From contig DASXVL010000769.1 in assembly GCA_036504255.1 (NCBI GenBank), positions 1 through 36,521 on the forward strand: DNA of 36,521 nt, in the 5' to 3' direction. The position numbers and the translations under genes are program-made. Shown here in pieces: positions 1 to 9,000 of the stretch. This DNA is from Armatimonadota bacterium. Lineage in GTDB: Bacteria > Armatimonadota > Hebobacteria > CAIYQO01. Numbering within the stretch: the first letter of the stretch is position 1; every line of letters starts with the position of its first letter. The notes beneath the pieces were generated by a model. The model was not told the origin of the DNA, searched no databases, and saw only the letters and a list, made by a program, of their open reading frames with translations.

Positions 1-1399
1 ATAAACTATCGCCCTCTCCTCCACTGAGCGTCCAGCCAATACTTTGCAATATGTCCTCTGATACTGCCATATTGGGCGTTGCCGTCACCGTCACTACTCC
101 CTCAGCAGCAATACCGACCGCATAGGACTTCGTATTCGCATCATCATTCGGATCGGTAAATTCTGTCGCGCCGGATACGGTCAGCGAATCGAGTGATATG
201 ACGTTTACCGCTACTTGTCCGTATACAATCCCTCCGACATAGGCGGTCACCTGGGTTGTGCCAGCAGTTTTCCCGACCACTTTCAAATGACCGTCTTCAT
301 TGCTAACTGTGGCAATGTTCGGATTGGCAGAGATATACGTCAACAAATTTCCGGCGCCCGATGGTACCGTTGTCGCTAGCGGAAATGTTTTCGTCGTCCC
401 ACGGGCCACATAATACGGCCCATCAGGAAAGGGTTCCGAGCAATAATCAAGCACCCCGATCTTCACGGAGTCGGTAAACGGGCCTTTAACAGGATTATCA
501 GCGGCGCCTGTATAGTCGACTTGCACCTGCGCGCCTAGTCCGCTCTCCACCCCCTCGACATAAAACATTGTCGGGGGGAATTGACCCTGTGCGGTGTTCC
601 AGGTGAAGCTCTGCCCCTCAACTCCATCGATCCAGGTTTCCAAGCCACCTGTCAGCGTGAGCGTCAGCTCAAACTGGCCAATATATGGAACAGTCAGGGC
701 TACCGGTAAGGAGTCATTAAGCATCATCGCCGTTCCGGGGTCCTGCTTTTTCTCTTTCGTCAGACCAGCGGCATCTAAACGTAAGTCATAGACATAAAAC
801 TGCTGGCCGCCCAACTCGATCCCATCGATTTTGTCACTGACGCTTCCTCCCGCAAAGTAGCCGGCATCCGGAGATGCTTTCACGGTGTACCCGCTCGTGG
901 TCCGTACGATGCTGATGTCACCGCTGACGGCATACGTGATTTGTGACGCATATTCGGCTGGGCTTACGGTAATGGGAATATCTTTCGACTCGCCGGCACG
1001 CAGATAATAATACCCTTCCCACGCTCCCTTGTAAAAATCAGGGGAAACCGTCACCAGCGCCACCGTCGTGGAGGCGGAGGTCGTGTACCCATCCGCAAAT
1101 GTCAGCGAAGCAGTGACCTCGTATGATCCCGGCGTCCAAATACTTACCGACGTGCCCGCGCCGCCATCTCCTCCACCCCAAAGGGTATCCGGCCAGGCAA
1201 CCATCCCGGCGCCTTGCGAAGAATCCGTAATCGTCGCCGTCCACGGGTTATCCTCCGCACCTGTCACCTGGACCGTGAGCGTCGGATTTTCGTACATCGT
1301 GACATAAGGGGTATTGGACGTCAGCGTGACCTGTGGAGTGGCCGAGGCCACCAGCGCGAACGCGAAGACAGTCCATGCGAGGCACAGGGCACGCAACAC
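1..1399 (-). CDS. Secreted surface protein with bacterial Ig-like (Big_2-type) domain; C-terminus lies outside the window
   Basis: Not in the ORF track because no stop falls in the window. The minus-strand frame is open from the left edge. GTG at 1399 gives MLRALCLAWTVFAFALVASA/TPQ, a canonical signal peptide. An in-frame ATG at 1546 is an alternative, longer start; neither has a Shine-Dalgarno. The segment NIATVSNEDGHLKVVGKTAGTTQVTAYVGG matches the Big_2 pattern. GC looks lower here than in neighbouring genes. Confidence 0.6.
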   Translation of the reverse strand, partial: MLRALCLAWTVFAFALVASATPQVTLTSNTPYVTMYENPTLTVQVTGAEDNPWTATITDSSQGAGMVAWPDTLWGGGDGGAGTSVSIWTPGSYEVTASLTFADGYTTSASTTVALVTVSPDFYKGAWEGYYYLRAGESKDIPITVSPAEYASQITYAVSGDISIVRTTSGYTVKASPDAGYFAGGSVSDKIDGIELGGQQFYVYDLRLDAAGLTKEKKQDPGTAMMLNDSLPVALTVPYIGQFELTLTLTGGLETWIDGVEGQSFTWNTAQGQFPPTMFYVEGVESGLGAQVQVDYTGAADNPVKGPFTDSVKIGVLDYCSEPFPDGPYYVARGTTKTFPLATTVPSGAGNLLTYISANPNIATVSNEDGHLKVVGKTAGTTQVTAYVGGIVYGQVAVNVISLDSLTVSGATEFTDPNDDANTKSYAVGIAAEGVVTVTATPNMAVSEDILQSIGWTLSGGEGDSL

Positions 1400-1574
1400 G
1401 GTGCGTGAGCTAAGCAGGGTTCCGTTCAGCGATTGATCGCAGGATGTGCCATACAGTGGGATGTCATGGGACAAGAGGCCGAAATGAGAGGGAGACCCCC
1501 CAGTGCGCGCAGTACAGACGTCTTGCCAACATGACTTGTCGCCCATACTGCAACGACACTACAAAGTCTTATTT

Positions 1575-1603
1575 AATATAGCGAGCGTTTGAAAAGCTGT
1601 CAA
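1575..1603 (-). promoter_or_regulatory. Sigma-70-type promoter for the Ig-like protein gene
   Basis: Minus strand reads TTGACA (1603-1598), then a 17-nt spacer, then TATATT (1580-1575). It sits immediately downstream of the terminator hairpin and upstream of the 1546/1399 start candidates. Confidence 0.45.
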
Positions 1604-1611
1604 GCGCTATA

Positions 1612-1653
1612 TGAAAAAAGTTCCATCCTGTCTCCCGGAGACAGGATGGAACT
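1612..1653 (-). terminator. Rho-independent terminator closing the upstream minus-strand operon
   Basis: Near-perfect hairpin AGTTCCATCCTGTCTCC / GGAGACAGGATGGAACT (1619-1653). It is followed on the minus strand by TTTTTT (plus-strand A-run 1614-1619). It lies about 37 nt after the TAA at 1690-1692. Confidence 0.6.
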
Positions 1654-1689
1654 CGACCCCTATCCTACATCGTTAGTTACGCTCGCCCG

Positions 1690-1906
1690 TTACGGCACGC
1701 GCGAAAAGCGCATGGCGCCTACCTCTCCAGGGGCCAGGTTGAGCGTCATTTCGGCGGTACTGATCGGGCTGCCGGCGGTGCGGCCAATTTCTGTCCACTG
1801 TCCCGCGACCCAGCGCTCGATCAGGTAGGTGCCGGGTTGGGTCGGCGCACAGCTGGTATTTCGAGGACAATGTAATGGGCAGCTTGTTGGACATATTGAA
1901 GTCCAT
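1690..1906 (-). pseudogene. Possible frameshifted small ORF (about 70 aa), last gene before the terminator
   Basis: Two adjacent minus frames each look coding over half the interval, with third-position G/C enrichment. The first is MDFNMSNKLPITLSSKYQLCA (ATG 1906 or 1894). After a +1 shift near 1835-1848 comes PTQPGTYLIERWVAGQWTEIGRTAGSPISTAEMTLNLAPGEVGAMRFSRVP, ending at TAA 1690. There is no usable start codon in the second frame. Confidence 0.3.
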
Positions 1907-1961
1907 CCGGCAGGTGAATTTACACAATATCCGCAGCTAAGATATACACTATTTTCTCGCT

Positions 1962-3005
1962 TTATTTTCGCGTTGGCACACTCCCACTCGGTTTTAACGG
2001 TGTCGCAGGGCTTTTGGCCTCGCGCAGGGCGCGGCGCACGCGGGTCACCATGGGGTACTCGGGCGCATATCTGGTGAGCAGGTCTACCCAGCGTTGCGCG
2101 GTGGGCAGGTCGCCGGCGGCGAGCGCGGTGTGCGCGAGCCAGCAGAGCGCTTCCACGGGTTGCGGGGGAAGCGGCGTGGCGCTGATAAGGCGCGTGGCCA
2201 CTTCCGCGGTGTGCTGCTGGTCGCCTGCCTGGCGGAAGGCAGCCACGGTGAGGGCGATGACGCGTGTGTCCGGCGCGCCGTAGCGGGCGCGTTGCTGCAA
2301 GACCGCCCACGCTTTGTCCGGCGTGCCTTGCCGCAGGTACTCCTCCGCCAGCAAGCTGGCGGTCGCCATGTCGTTGGGGGTGCCGGCGGCGTTTTCGAGC
2401 AACGCTTGCGTCACGGCGAGCGCGCGCGTGCGATCGCCGGTGGTCACCAACAGGCGGGCGTAGATCACCCGCACGGCATCGGCGCTGGGATGGCCGGGAT
2501 GGGTGTCGAGGTAGCGTCCCAAGGCCGCGACGGGCGGATCGACCAGTCCCGTCTCTTTCATGAGTCCGGTTAGATAGCTCTCCACTTGCGCGGGAGGACA
2601 GGTGACGTCGTCCAACAGGAAGGTGAGGATGCGGTCCGTCGCATCACGCTGGCCTTGCGCGAGGCCGACGGCGGTCAGCTGCACGAGGATGCGCACCGTC
2701 CAGGTGTCGCGCGGGTGCTTGCCCATGACCTGCAGCAACTGCTGCGTGGCCTTGTCGTATTGACGGCACTGGCGATAGGCGGTGGCGAGCTGCACTTGCG
2801 CCTCTTCAAGGGGTTTGGTGAAGGGCCAGGTCGGGAGGGTCACCACGGTTTCCCAGGCTTTCACCGCCGCGCTCCAATCCCCCACCTGCATGGCTTGTTC
2901 GCCGAGACTCCAGAGCTGATCCTGCCGTGCCAACTGCGCCTGCGCCAGGGTGGTGAGGCAGAGCAGCATGCCAAGCAGCAGCAACGTGCGCGCGAGTGCC
3001 TGCAT
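1962..3005 (-). CDS. Secreted TPR-repeat protein (347 aa)
   Basis: ORF track 1962..3005. Signal peptide MQALARTLLLLGMLLCLTTLAQA. The body is Ala/Leu-rich helical repeats of TPR character. Its ATG (3005-3003) overlaps the TAA (3007-3005) of the upstream giant gene as TAATG. Confidence 0.8.
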   Translation of the reverse strand: MQALARTLLLLGMLLCLTTLAQAQLARQDQLWSLGEQAMQVGDWSAAVKAWETVVTLPTWPFTKPLEEAQVQLATAYRQCRQYDKATQQLLQVMGKHPRDTWTVRILVQLTAVGLAQGQRDATDRILTFLLDDVTCPPAQVESYLTGLMKETGLVDPPVAALGRYLDTHPGHPSADAVRVIYARLLVTTGDRTRALAVTQALLENAAGTPNDMATASLLAEEYLRQGTPDKAWAVLQQRARYGAPDTRVIALTVAAFRQAGDQQHTAEVATRLISATPLPPQPVEALCWLAHTALAAGDLPTAQRWVDLLTRYAPEYPMVTRVRRALREAKSPATPLKPSGSVPTRK

Positions 3006-6000
3006 TATTTGCCCCCCTTCAACTGATCGATCTTGCGCAGGGCCGCCACGACGGCGCTGGAATCCGGGTAGCTGTCGATGACCTTTTGGTAGGCCGCGAG
3101 CGCCTCGGGCAGATGAGCGGCTTGCTCGTGGCAGCGCGCCACTTTATACTGCCAGACCGGGCAGAGCGCGTGCGTCGGCTGGCTGGCGAGGAGTTGCGCA
3201 TACCAGGTACCCGCCTGCTGGTAGCCGCTCGCGGTCCCGAGTTGGAAGGCGGAGTCCGCGAGCCAGGCGAGTGTCTCCGGCGACGGCTGGCGTTGGCCGA
3301 TCTTGGTGAGTATGGCTTCGACGTCTTTCGTCCGCCCGGCGCTCTGGTACATGGTCACCAGCGACGCCAACACGGTCGGAATGCGCGCGTCAGATGGATA
3401 GGTCGCGATGAGGTCGAGCCACGCGTGCTCGGCCTGGGCCTCCAGCGCCGTGCCATTCTCGCCCCGCACGCGCGCCGTCAAGGCCAGCCGTTGCGCCCAC
3501 TGCGCCTGCAGGTACAGCAGCGTCGAGCGCGAGAGCTGATCCACCGGCAATTGCGTCACGAAGCGGGCGTAGGCCGGATACCAGTCCGCGGCGACGGTGG
3601 CGTTGACCAGGCGATCCCGCACCAGGGGGAGCACGCGATCGGCGGCGAGCAGCGGCGTGGCCGTCCACGACTCTTCACACTGGCGTTTCAAGGTGGCCAC
3701 CTGTTCGGCAGTCAGGTTCGGCGCCAGCAGCATGCGATTGACCGCTCCATAGAAGACGGCAAGATAGGTCCCCTGCTCATTGAGTGCCTGGTCGGGTTGT
3801 CCCATCGCCACCAGGGTCGCGTTGAGGCCGGTGTGCAGGCTGGTCACGGTGTCCTGCTGGCCCGCCAGGGATAACGCCTGATAGATGCGCGGGGCCAGGG
3901 AGAGGGCGAGGGGCACGTCGTTCGGGTTCTTCGCTTGTTGCAGCGTGCGGATCACCGCCATGCCGTCGGTGAGGAATTGGCTCGGCTGTGTTTTTTCGAT
4001 AGCGCCCAACTGGGCGGCGCGATAGGCGGTGTTTTCTGCCTGCAGTTGCTCGGGGGTGGCGACCTTGGCGAGCGCCGTTTGCAGTTGCGCATGCGTCGCC
4101 TGCACGTCCTCCAGGTGGCCGGCGGCTGCCAGCGGGCCATAGGTACGCCGGGCGATATCGAGCAGGAACGGTACTTCCGCTACGGTGAGTTGGCGTCCGC
4201 CAACGGTGAGCAGCGCCAGCGTCTCGCTTTGGAACTGGGCGGGCAGGGTCTTCTCCAGCGCGGCCAGGCGCGCAGTGTAGTACTGGATCTTCTCCGCTAC
4301 TTGCTGGTCCGGGGTCCCGAATTTGGCCACCCAGGCGGCGAGTTGCTCGTGCGCCGTCTTCGCCTCGGCCCCGCGCCCGGCGATGTAGAGCGGCCCGTAC
4401 GCCCGTCGCCCGAGGTCGAGGAGAAACAGGAGATCACCGGGGGTGACCGGGCGGGCGGGGGCGAACTGCGCCAACGCCTCGGTGAGGAAGGCGGGCACAT
4501 CGGTGCGCTCCAGGCTCCCCAGACGGACGGTCAGATAGGCCAGTCCCTCCACCCGGGCCGGTTCCGCTTGATTCATGGTCGTCAGTGCGCTTCGCAGGCC
4601 CGCATGCAGCGTGTCCGCCGCCGCGCCCTGCCCGCTCGCATAGAGCGCGAGATAGACGCGTGGCGCCAGGCCGGCAGCAAGTTGGGCCTCCGGCCAGCTC
4701 TGCGCCGTTTTCGCGGCCGCGAGCACGCCTTGCGCTTCGGTGAGGAACTGCGCGGGGGCCGTGCGTTCCAGGTTCCCCAAGCGGGCGGTCAGGTAGGCTT
4801 GGGCTTCCAGGCGTGCCTGCTCCGGTTGATTCATGGTCGTCAATGCACTTTGCAGGCCCGCATGCGCCGCCTCGGCGTCCGCGCCCTGCCCTGCCGCAAA
4901 GAGCGCCGGGTACACGCGCGGGGCCAGACTCACCGCCACCTGCGCCTCAGACCACACGCGCGCCGTCTTGGCGGTCGTCATGATCTGCGTGGCCTCGCGC
5001 AAAAATTGGGCGGGCTGGCTCTTTTCCAGGTTGGCCAGGGAGACCGTCTGATACTGGATGTCGTCCGCTTGCGCCGCCTCGGGCAGCTTAGCCTGCAGCA
5101 AGGCGGTCTTCAGCTTTTCGTGCAATGCTTTCGCGTCCGCCGGACGGCCAGTACTGAGCAGCGGACTATACATGCGCCGTGCCAGGTCTTGCAAGCCGGG
5201 GGCCTCGGCCGCCGTCACCGGGTGGTCGAGCGTCACCAGGGTGTGCGCTTCCGTGAGGAATTGCGTGGGATCGCTCTTTTCCAGGGCGGCCAGGCGCAGG
5301 GGCTGGTAGACCTGATCGTCTTTTTGTGCGAGGTCGGAGAGATTGGCGGCGCGCAAGGCGGTGCTGAGGGCCTCGTGGACGCGCTGCGCCTCGGCCAGTT
5401 TGCCGGCGGTGATGAGCGCGGGATAGAGGCGCGGCGTCACGCTGGCGCCAAACTGCAGCTCAATGAGCGGCGAAGCGCCGGTCAAGGCGCTGACCAGGGC
5501 GCTCGCCTGGGTAAGGAACAGCGCCGGTTGCAGCTTCTCCAGGGCGTTGAGCTGGGCGGCACGGTACAGAAACGCTTCTGCCTGTACCTGGTCGGCGGTG
5601 GCCATTTTGGCGAGCGCCGCTTGCAACTGTTCGTGCACCGGCTTCAGCTCATCGGCACGGCCGGCGACCGTGAGCGGGCCATAGGTGCGCCGGGCGAGAT
5701 CGAGCAGGAACGGCACTTCGCTGAGCATGAGCTGACGTCCGCCGACCGTCAAGTGCGCCAAGGCCTCGGTTTGAAACAGGGGAGGCTGTGTCTTTTCCAG
5801 ATAGGCCAGACGCGCGCCGAGATACAGCGTCTTCTCCAGCAACTGCTGGTCCGCGGTCCCGAGTTTGCCCATCCAGGCGGCGAGTTGCTCATGCGCGGTC
5901 TTCGCCTCGGCCCCGCGCCCGGCGGTGTAGAGCGGCCCATAGCTGCGGCGCGCGAGGTCGACCAGAAAGGGCAGATCGCCGGTGGTCACCGCCCGCGTGG

Positions 6001-9000
6001 CAGTGAACTGCGCAAGTGCCTCGGTGAGGAAGGTGGCCGGATCGGTGCGTTCCAAACTGCCCAGGCGGGCGGTCAGGTAGGCCAGCGCTTCCAGGCGCGC
6101 CTGTTCCGGTTGCGACATGGCCTTGAGGGCGGCTTGCAGGCCCGCGTGCACGGTGTCGACGTCCCCGCCCTGCCCGGCGGCGTAGAGCGCCGGGTACACC
6201 CGTGGGGCCAGGCCGGCGGCCACTTGCGCCTCGGGCCAGGCCTGGGCGGTCTTGGCCGCAGCCAACACCACTTTCGCCTCGCTCAAGAATTGGGTCGATT
6301 GGGTTTTCTCCAGCGTCGCCAGATACGCCGTCTGATACTGCACCTCGTCCGCTTGCACCGTCTCGGGCAGGTTCGCCTGCTGCAAGGCGGTCTTCAGGCG
6401 CGCATGCAGCGCTTTCGCATCAGCCAGACGTCCGGCGTTCAACAGCGGCGTATAACTCCGCCGCGCCAGATCTTGCAGCACGAGCGCCTCAGTCGCCGTC
6501 ACGGGATGGTCGAGCGTCAGTTGGGCTTGCGCTTCCGTAAGGAATTGCGCGGGATCACTCTTCTCCAGCGTGGCCAGGCGCAGTGGCTGGTAGCGCAGCT
6601 CTTCCTGCTGCGCCAGGTCCGGGAGGTTTGCCGCGCGCAGGGCAACAAGCAGCCCGTCATGCAGCCGCTGCGCCTCGGCCAGTTGCCCGGCCGCCACCAG
6701 CGTCGGATAGAGGCGCGGGGTCAGGCTGGCCGCCACGCGCAGGTCGGCGGCGGGCGAGGTCGCGGTGACCCCGGCGACGAGCGCGCGCCCTGCGGCGGCG
6801 AATTGGGCGGGCTGGGTCTTTTCCAACAGCGCCAGGGCGAGGGTCTGATACTGAAACTCGTCGGCTTGCACGGCGTCAGGCAGCTTTGCCTGCAATAAAG
6901 CCGTCTTGAGCCGCTCGTGCACGGCCTTGGCGTCCGCTTGCCGTCCCGCCGCGAAGAGCGGCACATACATGCGTCGTGCGAGATCCTGCAGGCCGATCAA
7001 TTCCGTGGCGGTCTGCGGCTTATCGAAGGTCATCAGCGTCTGTGCGACCGTCACAAATTGCGCAGGATCGCTCTTTTCCAGCACGGACAAACGCAGCGTC
7101 TGATAGCTCTGCTCATCTTTCTGCGCGAGGTCCGGGAGATTGGCGGCGCGCAAGGCGGTGATGAGGGCCTCGTGGACGCGCTGCGCTTCGGCCAGTTTGC
7201 CGGCGGTGATGAGCGGGGGGTAGAGGCGCGGGGTGAGACCGGCGCCCACTTGCAGATCGACGACCGCTGACGCGCCGGTCAAGGCGCTGACAAAGGCGCT
7301 CGCCTGTGTGAGAAACTGTACGGGTTGCTGCTTTTCCAGCACCGCAAAACGGGCGTTGATGAACTGCGCCTGCTCCCCTTGCCGCTGCTCGAGCGTCCCC
7401 CATTTCGCCAATAGCGGCTGCAGGGCGACATGAAGGCGCGTGGCGTCGTCCGCGCGGTTGACGCTATACAGCGGTCCATAGACGCGGCGCGCCAGATCGA
7501 GCACAAACGGCAATTCTCCCGGGGCCACCGTGCGCGTCTCCAACGCCAGTTGCGGGAGGGCTTCCGTCACAAAGCGCGTCGGATCGACCCGTTCCCAATA
7601 GGCCAGCCGTGCGGTGAGATAGCCTTGTGCTTCCACGCGGGACTGATCCGGCTGATTCAAGGTTTTCAATGTCGCTTGCAGGCCGTCATGTAACGCCAGG
7701 GCGTCGTCCAACTGCCCATTTTGACAAAGGGCGAGGTAGACGCGGGGCGCTAGCGCCAGCGCTTGCTGGAGCTCGGTCGGCGTCTTCGCCGTTTTTGCGG
7801 CGACCAGCACGGCGCGTCCTTGCGTCAGGAAGAGCTGCGGTTGTGGTTTTTCCAGGGCATTGACTTGCGCCAATTGATAATTCAGGGTATCGGCTTGCTG
7901 CTGCTCGGGCGTGCCGCTTTTCGCGAGCAGCGCCTGCAGTTGCTCATGCACGGCGGTGATCTCGCTCCCCCGTCCGAGCGTGACGAGCGGCCCATAGACC
8001 CGCCGCGCCAGATCCGTGAGGAAGGCCGCCTCGTTGGGCACGCCGGGGCGCACGCCGCCGGTCAAGAACGGCAGCGCCTCGGTGAGGAATTGCGGAAGAC
8101 TGGTGCGTTCGCAATAGCCCAAGCGGGCCGTCAAGTAGCCCAGTTGCTCGACTTTGGCCTGTTCAGCTTGTCCGACGGTGGGCAGCAGGCGCTGCAGCGC
8201 CTCGTGTCCGCGTTGCGCGTCCTCCAGGGAGCCGGCGGCGCACAACGCCAGGTAGATGCGCGGCGCGAGCGTCGTGGTCAGTTGCAGCTCGGGCCAGGTT
8301 TTGGCGTCGGGCACGGCGGCGAGCAGAGCGCGTCCGGCCGTGACACACTGTTGCGGCTGCAGCTTTTCCCAACCCCCGAAGACGGCGACACGGTAGGTGA
8401 ACGTTTCGCCCGCTTGCCAATTATTCGGGTTCTGAAAGGTTCCGCACGTCGTCTGAAAGCTCTCGTGCAGCGTCTTCGCCGCCTCGAACTGGCCGTTTAG
8501 CGTCAACCGGATATACGCGCGTGCCAGGAAGTCATAGGCGAGCTGCAATTCGGGCACGGTGCGCGCCGCGGCGAGCGACGCCGTCACTTCGCGCACCATG
8601 GTGTCGGGCTGGGTGCTTTCCAAATAGGGCAGGCGCGCGCGGGCGTAGACATTCGTCTCCGTCCACGCCCAGTTATTCGGATTATTCAGTCGCGCGTAGG
8701 CCTGTTGCAGCGCCTCGTGCGCCTGCGTCGCGTCAGTCGCACGCCCCAGCGTGAAGAGGCGCGGGTACACGCGCGCCGTAATCTCGGTCGGCACGCGGAG
8801 GTCTTCCAGGTTGGTGGTCGTGCTCGTCGCACGAATGAGTTGCAGCGCCTCCGTCAGGAAGAGCTCCGGCTGCGTGGCCTCCAGTGTCGTCAGCCGCCCA
8901 CGCAGATAGGCGGCGGTATCGGTGACCGGCCAATCGGTGATGCTCAACTCGGCACAGCGTTTCAGCACGGTCTCATGCGCGCGCTGCGCCTCCCCTCCCC

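Noticed and set aside
3935-6898. 987-aa plus-strand ORF antisense to the giant repeat gene, and a similar 406-aa ORF at 8705-9925.
   Set aside because: These are shadow ORFs. The sense strand is dominated by CTG/GCG/CAG/GCC codons, whose complements lack stops. The translations are Arg/Gly/Leu/Gln-rich low-complexity sequence with no start context. The minus frame carries a coherent repeat protein.
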